Assembly: GCA_963811165.1 (NCBI GenBank)
Contig: CAWEQH010000001.1
Location: 608,001 to 672,000, forward strand
Source of the DNA: an uncultured Nitrospiraceae bacterium
GTDB taxonomy: Bacteria > Nitrospirota > Thermodesulfovibrionia > Thermodesulfovibrionales > UBA6898
Length of the DNA stretch: 64,000 nucleotides
Direction of reading: 5' to 3'
Part shown: positions 19,597-29,847 of the stretch, in pieces
Position numbering within the stretch: position 1 is the stretch's first letter
Layout of the letters: every line of letters begins with the position of its first letter
Made by a program: the position numbers and the translations under genes
Notes under the pieces: generated by a model
Databases searched by the model: none
What the model saw: only the letters and a program-made list of their open reading frames with translations
What the model was told of the DNA's origin: nothing

Positions 19597-21936
19597 ATGA
19601 GCAGTGCCATATTCTGGATATTTTTGTTCCTTCTGATTTTTTCGCCTCTCGCCTTCGGCACGGTCGAACTATGGTCATTGTCCGTGATGGAATCCCTATC
19701 TTTTTCGGCCCTGGTATTTTTCCTCGCCGGCAAAAAGGGGAAGGGGGCCGTATGCCTATACGAGGTGCCGGGGCTTCTCCCCTTGTCCCTCTTTCTGGGG
19801 TATATCCTTCTGCAACTTGTCCCAATGCCTCCCGGCCTGCTGAAAATTGCCTCGCCCGGCACCTATGCTCTCTACAAAGAGACGCTTTGGAGCGCGGACC
19901 CGTCAGCATGGGGTTCCCTCTCTATATATAAAAAAGGCACTTTAACGGAATTCTTCAGGCTGGGCTCATATGCCGCGTTTTATGTCCTGACTGTTCAGTT
20001 GCTTACAAGAAAGGAACTTCTGAAAAAGACTGTCGGGACCGTCGTATTATTTGCATCGGCCCTTGCTTTTTTCGGGATGCTGCAGCATTTCCTCTGGAAC
20101 GACAAAATATATTGGGTAAGAGAGTTGACCGCGGGCGGGCATCCTTTCGGCCCCTACGTAAACCGCAATCATTACGCTGGGCTCATCGATATGCTCCTCC
20201 CCTTGGTCGTGTCCCTTTTTATTTATTACAGACCCCGGCACCTACGCACTTCTCTTAGGGAGCGGGCGGTAGAGGTGTTGGGCAATTCCCGGACGAATCT
20301 GCACGTTCTCCTGGGACTTTCAGGTGTGCTGCTTGCAACGTCTGTCTTCCTGAGTCTCTCAAAAGGAGGCATCATAAGCCTCTGCCTTTCGCTGTTTTTC
20401 ATGGCCGGCATGATAAGGAATAAAGACCGGGAAGGGAGGGGCTGGATCCTTGTATTTTTCACCCTTATGCTTGTCTTATATTCGGTAGGGTGGTTCGGGT
20501 GGGACAGAATTTTCGAAAGGTTTTCGGCCTTAAGAGATGCCCGGGGTGCCATAGCCGAGGCAAGGCTTGAAATATGGCGGGACAGCCTCGGCATTGTAAA
20601 AGACTTCCCGCTGACCGGGACGGGGCTGGGCAGCTACCTAAGGATCTATCAGAAATACCGCTCTATAACGACGGACAGCATTGTCGACCACGCCCATAAC
20701 GATTATCTTGAAGGTTTTGCCGAGGGCGGTGCTGTTGCCGTCGCACTCTTTGGCTGGTTTGTCGCCGCGGCTCTCTATCAGGCGTACAAGGGGTTCCGGA
20801 GACGGCGCGACCGCTATTCAACCTTCCTTTTTATCGGCGCTGTCTCAGGAGTCGTGTCGGTGCTCATCCACAGTCTCACGGATTTCAATCTCCATATCGG
20901 AGCGAATGGACTCTACTTCTTTTTTCTTATCGGTCTGGCTGTTTCTGCCGCACACACGAGGATGCATGACGGACTGAATGATACATTTCTCGGAAAGGCG
21001 CGGCCCTTCCTGCTCAAAGGCCTGCTCATCCCTTTGACGGCAGTTTTTATTGCGGGTGCAATTTTTATTACGGGGATCCTCTCGGCCCGGTTCAGCCTGC
21101 TCGCCTTTGCGGGGAAGAACGATGGGCCGCAGGCGGCGAGGGAGGAACTCCTGGCACGGAGAAACGCTCAAAACAAGGCGTCTTTGTTCGACCCGGCAGA
21201 AGGGGGATATCCCTATGCTGCTGCGGGCATGGAATGGTCCCTTGGAAACAAGGGCGCTGCAGTAGAACAATACAGAAAGGCCGTATGCCTCGACCCGGTA
21301 AACGGAGCGTATCTCCAGGCCCTCGGTCTTCACCTGCCGAAGTCAGACAACGGCGCCGGGACGGAACGTCTTTTGCAAAGCGGGATAACGTGCGACAGAA
21401 TGAACCCCTCGATATACAAAAGGTATGCGCTATGGCTCATTTCGAAGGGCGAAAAAGGAAAGGCATCGAAACACTTCAGTGCTGCCGTGGCCCTGGAGCC
21501 GACGAAAACAAGAGAGTATATCGCCCTTCTTGTCCTCTATGGCTGGACGGACAGGGAGATACGGGGGAGCCTGCCTGAATTGGTCAGGCCCCATCTGCTT
21601 TTTGCGGATTATCTGGACAAAACGCAGCATCAGGACATGGCTGACGAGGAGTATCGTTCCGCACCGGATTATGTGAAATACGAAAGGGAGCCCGACGCCT
21701 CCTATTTTTATCCGTCGCGCGAGTACTTCGTGAGGAGGGGAATGTATGATGACGCCCTCGGTGTCATGAGGAAGGCAGCAGAGACGCTGCCCAATGATGC
21801 GGGTATAAGGATGTCCCTGGCAGAGATCTATGAAAAGGCAGGCATCGCCTACAGGGCGGCGGAAGAATACAGGAAGACACTCGTCCTCGATCCCGGAAAC
21901 CCCTCGGCGAGGGAGAAACTCGGGAAGGTAAAATAA
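19597..21936 (+). CDS. O-antigen ligase/polymerase-family membrane protein with C-terminal TPRs
   Basis: GPYVNRNHYAG, R..IW, TGTGLG and HAHNDYLE motifs; TPR tail. Confidence 0.88.
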   Translation: MSSAIFWIFLFLLIFSPLAFGTVELWSLSVMESLSFSALVFFLAGKKGKGAVCLYEVPGLLPLSLFLGYILLQLVPMPPGLLKIASPGTYALYKETLWSADPSAWGSLSIYKKGTLTEFFRLGSYAAFYVLTVQLLTRKELLKKTVGTVVLFASALAFFGMLQHFLWNDKIYWVRELTAGGHPFGPYVNRNHYAGLIDMLLPLVVSLFIYYRPRHLRTSLRERAVEVLGNSRTNLHVLLGLSGVLLATSVFLSLSKGGIISLCLSLFFMAGMIRNKDREGRGWILVFFTLMLVLYSVGWFGWDRIFERFSALRDARGAIAEARLEIWRDSLGIVKDFPLTGTGLGSYLRIYQKYRSITTDSIVDHAHNDYLEGFAEGGAVAVALFGWFVAAALYQAYKGFRRRRDRYSTFLFIGAVSGVVSVLIHSLTDFNLHIGANGLYFFFLIGLAVSAAHTRMHDGLNDTFLGKARPFLLKGLLIPLTAVFIAGAIFITGILSARFSLLAFAGKNDGPQAAREELLARRNAQNKASLFDPAEGGYPYAAAGMEWSLGNKGAAVEQYRKAVCLDPVNGAYLQALGLHLPKSDNGAGTERLLQSGITCDRMNPSIYKRYALWLISKGEKGKASKHFSAAVALEPTKTREYIALLVLYGWTDREIRGSLPELVRPHLLFADYLDKTQHQDMADEEYRSAPDYVKYEREPDASYFYPSREYFVRRGMYDDALGVMRKAAETLPNDAGIRMSLAEIYEKAGIAYRAAEEYRKTLVLDPGNPSAREKLGKVK

Positions 21937-21944
21937 GCACCGTT

Positions 21945-22625
21945 CTACTCTCCCGCAAAAAAGTTATGATGCAGGAGGATGAACCGGTTTCTGGAGACCG
22001 TTATCAATCCGTCTTTTTGCCATTGTCCCAGCACCCTGGTTACCGTCTCGCGCGTAAGCCCCGCCATATCGGCCATTTCCTGATGCGTCAGCTTCAGGTT
22101 GATGATCGTCCCCTCCGGGGTATTTTTGCCGTTTTCTCCTGAAAGGATGGTAAACAGCATCTTCATCCTCTGGGGCGCCTCCCTGAAATTCAATATGTGG
22201 ATCCGTTTCCACGACTCGCGCAGGCGCGAGCAGAGTATGTGGAGAAGGTTCTCCAGCACCTTGCTCTGGCTGTACAGGAGGGCGTAGAAATTTTCTTTTG
22301 AAATAATGGCTATCAGGGATTCCTCCATCGCCATTACCGTTGCGCTGGACGTCTTTCCGTCTATAAGCGAGAGTTCGCCGAAAAACCTTTCCGCCTGATG
22401 GATGGCGAGGATAATCTCCTTCCCCCCTGCCGTCGTCTGGACTACCTTTACCTTCCCCAACAATATGATATACATGAATGCATTTGTTTCTTCCTCAAGG
22501 AGGATCGTCTCGTTTCTGGCAAACTCCTTAACGATGATCCGATTGCTGATCTGGATCAGTTCCTCGTCGGTGAGAGAGGAAAAGAGCTCGATATTTTTCA
22601 GGAAGTCGATCTTTACATTTTCCAT
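21945..22625 (-). CDS. Crp/Fnr family transcriptional regulator
   Basis: cNMP domain FFGELSLID; HTH LTHQEMADMAGLTRETVTR. Confidence 0.93.
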   Translation of the reverse strand: MENVKIDFLKNIELFSSLTDEELIQISNRIIVKEFARNETILLEEETNAFMYIILLGKVKVVQTTAGGKEIILAIHQAERFFGELSLIDGKTSSATVMAMEESLIAIISKENFYALLYSQSKVLENLLHILCSRLRESWKRIHILNFREAPQRMKMLFTILSGENGKNTPEGTIINLKLTHQEMADMAGLTRETVTRVLGQWQKDGLITVSRNRFILLHHNFFAGE

Positions 22626-22695
22626 GCCTGGTACTAAAAGGTTACCGCAAAGATATCGGAAATGTAAACGGTTGTCCCCTGAGGCGGCCTCCCGT

Positions 22696-22711
22696 TGTGA
22701 TTCGGATTACA
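22696..22711. promoter_or_regulatory. Candidate CRP-type operator
   Basis: TGTGA-ttcgga-TTACA, one mismatch to TGTGA-N6-TCACA, between the divergent crp-like and sigma genes. Confidence 0.6.
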
Positions 22712-22842
22712 GTAATTTGTCTCTTTTGTCGTGTAACCTGAAGACGGTATGAAGTCTGCGCAGCCTGAAAAAGGGGGCCGCTTGGAGGGTAAACGCGCAG
22801 AGGTTCCATAATATAAAAAATGAAAAGGACGGCAGGGAAGGG

Positions 22843-24234
22843 ATGAGAAGAAACAATATTTGTCAGGAAGAGACCGAGCAAAGGGATGAACGCGGCGCCA
22901 TAGTCTGCGACGAAGTTGAGGAATTTTCGGATATGTTCGACGCCGGCGGGACAACAGAGGATATCGCGCTTTCCGAAGATGACGACGCCTACCTCTCCGG
23001 AGTGGAATGGGATATCGCGGAGAATCAAAATAACTTCGGACGGACCACAATAGGTGAAAGCGGCGAGAGCCTTGTCCAAAAGTATTTTCATTCGATGGGT
23101 GATCTCCGCGTGCTCACAAAAGAACAGGAGACCGCCCTCGCAAAGGAGATCGAGGAAGGCAGAAAATGCATCAGCAGGATAGTGAAATCCCTGCCATTGT
23201 ATAGCCGCGTCGAAGCGGGTCTCAATGTCCCGCAAGAGGAAAAGGACGCAAAGGCAATGGACCTCTGCCTGGAAATTCTCGAAGGTCTTATGAAAGGGGC
23301 GGGGAGGTCCGACAGACCGGTGAACCGCGACGGGGTATTTCCTGGACAACCGGGTTCGGTTTCAGACAAGGAAAATGCAGGAGCGTCAGTGCATTGCGCG
23401 GTCATGAAGGAGGTCCATAACGAATGCCAGCGTATCGGATCGAAGGTGAAGACCGACGTCGGGGAACTGAAGGGCCGGTGGGAAGTGATAGCGAGCGCCA
23501 GGGAGTCGATTGCCAGGGCCAAGGACGAATTGATTACGAGGAACCTGAGGCTTGTCATCAATGTCGCCAAGCATTATTCCGGGAGGGGGCTTCCTCTTTT
23601 GGACCTTATCCAGGAAGGCAATATCGGTTTGATGAAGGCGGTAGACAGGTTCAAATACGAAATGGGTTTCAAGTTCAGTACCTACGCCACCTGGTGGATA
23701 AGACAGGCGATATCCCGTGCCCTCATCGATCAGTCAAAGACCATCCGTGTGCCGGTGCATATCATGGAGTTTTATAACAAGGTAAGCCGTGTGACGGCGG
23801 AACTGAAGCAGGAGCAGGGAAGGGAACCGGGGACGAAGGAGATCGCAAAAAAAATGGGGATCCCGATGAAAAAGGTAGAAGAAGTCAGAAAGGCCATGCA
23901 GACGCCGGTCGCCCTGCAGACCCCGATAGGCGACGAAAATTCCGATCTCGAAGACTTCATCAGCGACTGCAGCACGCCGTCTCCGGATCTGGATGTCGAG
24001 AAGAAGGAGATATCAAAACATGTGCTGAAGGTCTTAAAGACGCTTTCTCATCGTGAGGAGAGGGTGCTTAGAATGAGGTTCGGTATCGGGGCGGAAAGGG
24101 ACCACACACTCGAAGAGGTGGGGAAACGCCTCTCCATAACCCGTGAGAGGGTGAGGCAGATCGAGGTGCAGGCGATGAAAAAACTGAAGCACCCGAGCAG
24201 GCTCCGCACGCTGAAGTCCCTGGCCGTGTTTTGA
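22843..24234 (+). CDS. RpoD/RpoS-like sigma-70 factor (probable paralog)
   Basis: NLRLVINVAKHY, DLIQEGNIGLMKAVDRF, KFSTYATWWIRQAI and TLEEVG...TRERVRQIE motifs. Confidence 0.93.
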   Translation: MRRNNICQEETEQRDERGAIVCDEVEEFSDMFDAGGTTEDIALSEDDDAYLSGVEWDIAENQNNFGRTTIGESGESLVQKYFHSMGDLRVLTKEQETALAKEIEEGRKCISRIVKSLPLYSRVEAGLNVPQEEKDAKAMDLCLEILEGLMKGAGRSDRPVNRDGVFPGQPGSVSDKENAGASVHCAVMKEVHNECQRIGSKVKTDVGELKGRWEVIASARESIARAKDELITRNLRLVINVAKHYSGRGLPLLDLIQEGNIGLMKAVDRFKYEMGFKFSTYATWWIRQAISRALIDQSKTIRVPVHIMEFYNKVSRVTAELKQEQGREPGTKEIAKKMGIPMKKVEEVRKAMQTPVALQTPIGDENSDLEDFISDCSTPSPDLDVEKKEISKHVLKVLKTLSHREERVLRMRFGIGAERDHTLEEVGKRLSITRERVRQIEVQAMKKLKHPSRLRTLKSLAVF

Positions 24235-24282
24235 GGGTCAATAGCCCCTTCCCTGATTGCGTCTCAAGCATCCTCCGGCTCA

Positions 24283-24834
24283 TTATCGCCGGAGGATGCC
24301 TTCCAGTATCTCATCAAGGTTACTGCATAGCCTGAACCCGTTACCGCTATAGGTGCGATTCCATGGGAACAGTAACCCCGTTGCCAATGCACCGTTTTCA
24401 ACAGCCTTCTTAAGGACATCCGGGGAATCGTCTACGACTACCGTAGTCAGCTCATTAAACAGGCTGGTCTTATCGAACGAAAGGTGAAGTTCGTCATGCA
24501 CCAGCCCATGCGTGTTAAGCCATCTCTTGGTCTGCGGCATGAAATCAGGGGACCGATGGCTGGCTATCGTGATGTGAAACCCATCCTGCGCCAGGGCCTC
24601 AAGGAATTTCTTTGATTCGGGGTAAGGCAGGTATCCGGCGTCGTCTTGGTTAGAGTGGATGGCATTGATCGCCCTGTAGAAATCTTCCTCAGTGCAGTAT
24701 CCTTCCCAGATATCCCAGTGGCTCCATCTATCGGGCGTCGGAAAGTCCTCGTTCACCTTCCGCAGTTCCAAGTAAAAGGCATCACAAAATTGCCATAAGG
24801 TATTGTCTATATCGATGATTGCCGTTTTTGTCAT
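24283..24834 (-). CDS. HAD-superfamily 5'(3')-nucleotidase-like protein
   Basis: IIDIDNTL (DxD), VVDDSP and FPWN motifs; start set at ATG 24834. Confidence 0.78.
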   Translation of the reverse strand: MTKTAIIDIDNTLWQFCDAFYLELRKVNEDFPTPDRWSHWDIWEGYCTEEDFYRAINAIHSNQDDAGYLPYPESKKFLEALAQDGFHITIASHRSPDFMPQTKRWLNTHGLVHDELHLSFDKTSLFNELTTVVVDDSPDVLKKAVENGALATGLLFPWNRTYSGNGFRLCSNLDEILEGILRR

Positions 24835-25150
24835 TGTTTTTTCCACTGCAATATTATAACCAACCGCAGCGAAGTTTAAGTAGACCGTCATCCGGTTTCT
24901 GAAATGTTTTCTCACAGTACCTATCAGCAGGCTGCCAGTACGCCCGTGCGAGGGGTACTTCCTGTATCTAACACCCCAGGGTTTTTACGAGAGGGCAAGA
25001 TTTCCCTTGGAAAGTGATGTTCCGCATCGAAGCAAATTGTGCGGAGTCCGTGTAGAACTTCGCACAATTCTGAGGGATGTGTGCAACAGGGAAGAGCCTC
25101 CCGATTTCAGAAAAAGTCTTTCTGGATTACAATTATCTTTTTGTCTGAGG

Positions 25151-25930
25151 TTAACTCTTCACCCTTTTCTGCTCGTACATCGCTTTGTCCTCCTGAGATA
25201 GCAGTTCATCAAGCGAGCAGGGATATTCTGGATCGTAGCATGCCAAACCAACACTTAGCGATAAATCATAGCTGCGGCCTATTCTTGTGTTGCTAAACTC
25301 AATTTTTTTCTGTAAACGTGAAGTAACTCTCTCGATATTGCCTCCATCTGCTACAGTTGGAATCACTACAAACTCATCTCCACCAATGCGAGCAATGATA
25401 TCGGAATTGCGAAAAGTTTTTCTAAGGATACGGGCGACCTCGCCTAACACTCGATCACCTTCTTGATGCCCCATGGTATCGTTAATTACTTTTAGACCGT
25501 CAAGGTCGACATACACTATGAACATTCCTGTCTTCAACCGATAGGCCATCTTCAACTCATGTTCAGCTAAGGCAAAGAATCCTCGTCGGTTATAAAGGCC
25601 TGTAAGTTCATCGGTAATCGACAATACCTTCATCTCTTCCCCTCTCTGTTTGATAGCTCTAAAAAGAGGAGATATCAGTACTACTCCAGTCAACATTAGG
25701 AGGGATGTGATGAGCCCAATTAGTTCAAATGTCATGTTCGGGAGATTTGACTGATCACCGGGAATGAACGGGACTAATGAAATTATACGCCGGATTCCCA
25801 TAAGAAAGATCGATAAAGAGATCAATATCCATGATATACGTCCTCCGGTAGTTTTTATCAATCTCAGGGCAAAAAAGACCGTTAATAATTGAATAACAAC
25901 CGATATTCCAACAACAAGTTCTATATACAT
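25151..25930 (-). CDS. Membrane-bound diguanylate cyclase
   Basis: Three TMs; DELTGLYNRR, DLDGLK.IND..GH..GD, RNSD I-site and RIGGDEF; start set at ATG 25930. Confidence 0.92.
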   Translation of the reverse strand: MYIELVVGISVVIQLLTVFFALRLIKTTGGRISWILISLSIFLMGIRRIISLVPFIPGDQSNLPNMTFELIGLITSLLMLTGVVLISPLFRAIKQRGEEMKVLSITDELTGLYNRRGFFALAEHELKMAYRLKTGMFIVYVDLDGLKVINDTMGHQEGDRVLGEVARILRKTFRNSDIIARIGGDEFVVIPTVADGGNIERVTSRLQKKIEFSNTRIGRSYDLSLSVGLACYDPEYPCSLDELLSQEDKAMYEQKRVKS

Positions 25931-26286
25931 ACTTTCCCAATTTCGAAAAAATAGCAGTATCAATTATCAGTCGTAATCAACTCCATTATAGCAGGATAGG
26001 TGTGTTCTGCATAAAGAAATTAGCGTCTATTCTAAGTCTACGGACTCGAATTTCTGGATGAACACCTCGTCCCGGAATGCTGCCATGGAATGAGGGTTTG
26101 TAAAGATAACTGATATATCGTCGAGACGACGCGAGTGTCGGTTTGTCGGTGGACTGTGGAGCTATTACCGACCGGGACGCGCGTTTACTTCTGAGAGAAG
26201 TCGACGATGCTGAGCGCCCCGGCTATTGTATTTACCTTCGTTATTGTATTAATCTTTTTAAGAGACGCAATGCCGGTTGGTTATGC

Positions 26287-27474
26287 ATGTATAAAGAATA
26301 TTTCGGCCTGAAAGAGACCCCTTTTTCAATAGCACCCGATCCCCGCTATCTTTATATGAGCGAGGGGCATAGGGAGGCGCTGGCCCATCTTGAGTACGGC
26401 CTCCGCGGCGACGGAGGTTTCGTCCTTCTCACCGGGGAAGTGGGGACGGGGAAAACGACCGTCTGCAGACGCCTGCTCGAAAAGCTCCCCGACGATTTGG
26501 ACGTAGCATTTATCCTAAATCCGAGGGTCACGGTCGAGGAGCTTCTGGGGACTGTCTGCGACGAACTTGGTATTAAATATCCTGAAGGCAATATAAGCGT
26601 GAAGATATTTGTCGACAGGATCAACGAATTTCTTATCGGGACCTATGCCAAAGGGCGAAGAACGGTCCTGATCATAGAGGAGGCCCAGAACCTCCGCTTT
26701 GACGTGCTGGAGCAGTTGAGACTGCTGACCAATCTCGAGACGAACGAGCGAAAACTCCTTCAGATCATCATGGTGGGGCAGCCTGAGCTCAGGGACATGC
26801 TGGCGAAGCCCGAACTCAGGCAACTGGCGCAGCGGATTACCGCGCGCTATCATCTCGGTCCGCTCTCCGCGAAAGAAGTGGCCTGTTACGTATCGCATCG
26901 CTTATCGGTTGCGGGCGGATCCGGCACGTTGTTCCCGGCGCTCTCAATGAGAACCCTCTTCCGTCTTACGGGCGGCATCCCCCGGCTCATCAATGTCCTT
27001 TGCGACAGGGCCTTGCTCGGGGCCTATGTCCAGGGGAAGGACGGTGTCGATACTGCGACGCTTACGAAAGCAGCCCAGGAGGTCTCCGGCAATGCAAAGC
27101 CCGGGTTGTCAATAGCCGGATATGAGAAGTTGCTTGCCGGGGTGATGATTATCGTCATCGCTGTTGTCTTGTCTGCGGCGTATTATTATCTCAGGAGCGC
27201 ACGACCGGAAGGTGCCGCAGGATTTTTGAATCAGGAGCATGTGAGCGGGCGGCCCTCCGATAGTCCGCGTCTCGATACCGTGTGGTGGTTCGACCGACGG
27301 TCTTTCCCGTGGCGGGACAAAAATGAGCAGAGGGGTATCATGCCGTCGGACGATCAGTGGGCGGTGCCGGAGCTGCCGCACGGGCATTCCTCGGTCGACC
27401 AACAGGGCCGTGAACTTATTGATGACGGTGCTGACGGGACTCGGCAGACTGCTGCCCGGCACGCGGGGGACTGA
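26287..27474 (+). CDS. exeA: ExeA/GspA-like AAA ATPase
   Basis: MYKEYFGLKETPFSIAPDP, GEVGTGKT, IIEEAQNL and GGIPRLINVLCDRAL motifs; start set at ATG 26287. Confidence 0.9.
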   Translation: MYKEYFGLKETPFSIAPDPRYLYMSEGHREALAHLEYGLRGDGGFVLLTGEVGTGKTTVCRRLLEKLPDDLDVAFILNPRVTVEELLGTVCDELGIKYPEGNISVKIFVDRINEFLIGTYAKGRRTVLIIEEAQNLRFDVLEQLRLLTNLETNERKLLQIIMVGQPELRDMLAKPELRQLAQRITARYHLGPLSAKEVACYVSHRLSVAGGSGTLFPALSMRTLFRLTGGIPRLINVLCDRALLGAYVQGKDGVDTATLTKAAQEVSGNAKPGLSIAGYEKLLAGVMIIVIAVVLSAAYYYLRSARPEGAAGFLNQEHVSGRPSDSPRLDTVWWFDRRSFPWRDKNEQRGIMPSDDQWAVPELPHGHSSVDQQGRELIDDGADGTRQTAARHAGD

Positions 27475-27476
27475 TA

Positions 27477-28091
27477 GTGTCTTATATCCTGGAGGCATTG
27501 AAGAAACTTGAAGAAAAACGCCGGAGTGAAACCGTGCCGTATTTTCTGTCTGAAGAGTATTCGGACCGGCATAAACGGAAGAAAAAATTTCCCTGGAGGT
27601 CCCTCATTGTCTTTGGACTCTTTCTGAATCTGGGAATCTTTCTCTGGTTGCTCCATCCATGGAGTTTGGGAGGGTCTCCTGAAACCGGGGTGGAGAAGGT
27701 AGTCCAGAGGGTGCCGGTCCAAAGACCGCGGGATAGGGGCAGGAAAAGTATGCAGCCGATAACGAAGACTGAAGTTCCCTCCGCCGGATATGGGGATATG
27801 GTGTCGGTTGCCTCATCTCAGGCGTCCCGTCCCGCTTCTGACGACACGCGCAGGAACACAAAGATAGTCGGCATGAAAGAGCTGCCTTTGTCCGTCAGAC
27901 AAAGACTCCCTGACCTGTCCATCTCGGGTCATTTTTACGACAGCAGACCGTCTGCTCGCGTGATGACCGTCTGCGGCAAAATTCTCCATGAAGGCGATGC
28001 TCCTGCGCCCGGTGTAATACTGGAACGAATTACACCCGACGGGGCGGTTTTTTCCTACGATGGATACCGTTTTCATGAGGGTGTTTTTTAG
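27477..28091 (+). CDS. exeB: ExeB/GspB-like protein
   Basis: MSYILEALKK, one TM, C-terminal LPDLSISGHFY...LHEGD...ITPDG; follows exeA. Confidence 0.85.
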   Translation: MSYILEALKKLEEKRRSETVPYFLSEEYSDRHKRKKKFPWRSLIVFGLFLNLGIFLWLLHPWSLGGSPETGVEKVVQRVPVQRPRDRGRKSMQPITKTEVPSAGYGDMVSVASSQASRPASDDTRRNTKIVGMKELPLSVRQRLPDLSISGHFYDSRPSARVMTVCGKILHEGDAPAPGVILERITPDGAVFSYDGYRFHEGVF

Positions 28092-28266
28092 GCTGGGTGA
28101 TTCAATAGTGCAGAACGTGTTCAAGATTCTTCATAGACGGCATGAATCAAGCGGACTGACGTGGAATCAGGAGATAGGCCGTGATAAAATGTGGGCAGAT
28201 CAGGAGGTAATGATATACAATGTCCTTGACTCGGTTTGATATGGGTCAGCGAGCAGCGAAGTTTTC

Positions 28267-29778
28267 ATGGGGCAGTTCGATCCATTCACAAGAAAGAGGG
28301 AAAAGATGTTTATCGTCATGATAACGCCGGAATGCGCACCGGTTGCCAAGGTAGGGGGGCTTGCCGATGTCGTCTACGGGCTCACCCACGAACTCGAGAT
28401 GCGCGGCAATGACGTAGAGATCATCCTTCCGAAATACGACTGTATGCGCTATGACCATATATACGGACTAACCCGGGTTTTTGATGATCTTTGGGTGCCT
28501 TTCTACGACCGCTCGGTCCATTGCTCGGTATTTTTCGGGTTCGTCTACGGCAGAAAATGTTTTTTCATCGAACCCCATTCCGAAAAGAACTTTTTCAACA
28601 GAGGCGTGTATTACGGGCATCACGACGACCCGGAGCGGTTTGCCTTTTTCAGCAGGGCCGCGCTCGAGTTCATGCTCAAGGCAAACAAACGTCCCGATGT
28701 CATCCACTGTCATGACTGGCAGACCGGCATTGTACCTGTTTTGCTGTTCGACATCTACAAACACCTTGGTATGACCCACCCCCGCGTCTGCTATACGCTC
28801 CATAACCTCAAGCATCAGGGGGTGACCGGGGAATTCATACTGCACGCCGCCGGACTCGGCAAGGCCGACTATTATCTCCATCCGGACAGGCTGCGGGACA
28901 ATTTCAATGCTTCCGCAGTCAACCTCATGAAGGGCGGCATCGTCTACTCGAATTTCGTGACTACCGTCTCTCCGAGTTACGCGTGGGAGATCCAAAACAC
29001 CTCCCTGTCCTATGGCCTCGGCCAGACCCTTCACGTACACGCGCAGAAATTGGGCGGCGTCCTCAACGGTGTCGACTACGAGGTATGGAACCCCGAGATA
29101 GACAGGCACATCCCCCGCCGGTACTCAGCCGCTACCGTCGAGGACAAATATAAAAACAAGGATGTCTTGCGCCACAGACTTCTTTTAACCCAGGCGTATA
29201 AGCCGATCGTGGCATATGTGGGCAGGCTGGACCACCAGAAGGGCGTTGACCTTATCAGGGACTCGCTCTTCTATGCGCTGGCCAACGGCTGCCAATTTGT
29301 CCTTCTCGGTTCAAGCCCTGATCACGGGATCAATAACTACTTTCTGCACCTTAAGCGGCACCTTAACGACAACCCCGACTGCCATCTTGAGATCGGGTTC
29401 GACGAAGAGCTCTCACATCTTATTTATGCAGGATCGGACATGATAATTCTGCCGAGTCTGTTTGAACCCTGCGGATTGACGCAGATGATCGCGCTGAAAT
29501 ACGGGACTGTGCCTGTTGTCCGGGCCACGGGAGGGCTCAGGGACACTGTTTTTGACGCGGACTACTCGCCGAGGCCTTACCATGAGAGAAACGGATATGT
29601 CTTCAATGACTTCAACTTCAAGGGGCTGGAGTCGGCGCTCCACCGGGCCATCGGCATGTGGTATACCTACCCGCAGTATTTCAGGGAACTTATGGTCAAC
29701 GGGATGAGATGCGACTTTTCCTGGAACCATCCGGGGCAGCACTACCTGAACATATACGAGTATATCAGGGACAAGTAG
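28267..29778 (+). CDS. glgA: Glycogen synthase
   Basis: ECAPVAKVGGLADV, HCHDWQT, GRLDHQKG and PSLFEPCGLTQ motifs. Confidence 0.95.
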   Translation: MGQFDPFTRKREKMFIVMITPECAPVAKVGGLADVVYGLTHELEMRGNDVEIILPKYDCMRYDHIYGLTRVFDDLWVPFYDRSVHCSVFFGFVYGRKCFFIEPHSEKNFFNRGVYYGHHDDPERFAFFSRAALEFMLKANKRPDVIHCHDWQTGIVPVLLFDIYKHLGMTHPRVCYTLHNLKHQGVTGEFILHAAGLGKADYYLHPDRLRDNFNASAVNLMKGGIVYSNFVTTVSPSYAWEIQNTSLSYGLGQTLHVHAQKLGGVLNGVDYEVWNPEIDRHIPRRYSAATVEDKYKNKDVLRHRLLLTQAYKPIVAYVGRLDHQKGVDLIRDSLFYALANGCQFVLLGSSPDHGINNYFLHLKRHLNDNPDCHLEIGFDEELSHLIYAGSDMIILPSLFEPCGLTQMIALKYGTVPVVRATGGLRDTVFDADYSPRPYHERNGYVFNDFNFKGLESALHRAIGMWYTYPQYFRELMVNGMRCDFSWNHPGQHYLNIYEYIRDK

Positions 29779-29847
29779 GGACTGCCGGGACGATGAGGTC
29801 TGTGAAAGCAGTCTGAGATTTCGGATTTGTAAGAAAAAGGAATTCCC

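Noticed and set aside
22750..22805. Riboswitch upstream of the sigma gene (tctgcgc...gcgcaga stem)
   Set aside because: Only one stem is evident and I could not match c-di-GMP or other aptamer consensus features
25035..26055. Mobile-element ends around the AT-richer GGDEF gene (hairpin 25035-25069; gagtccgt-like inverted match near 26040)
   Set aside because: The match is short and gapped, with no target duplication or transposase; the hairpin lacks a U-tract
26143..26286. N-terminal extensions in the ORF track (exeA from 26143; likewise starts at 3380, 24915, 33418, 55018, 57367)
   Set aside because: Family-typical N-termini and RBS or gene coupling favour the downstream starts
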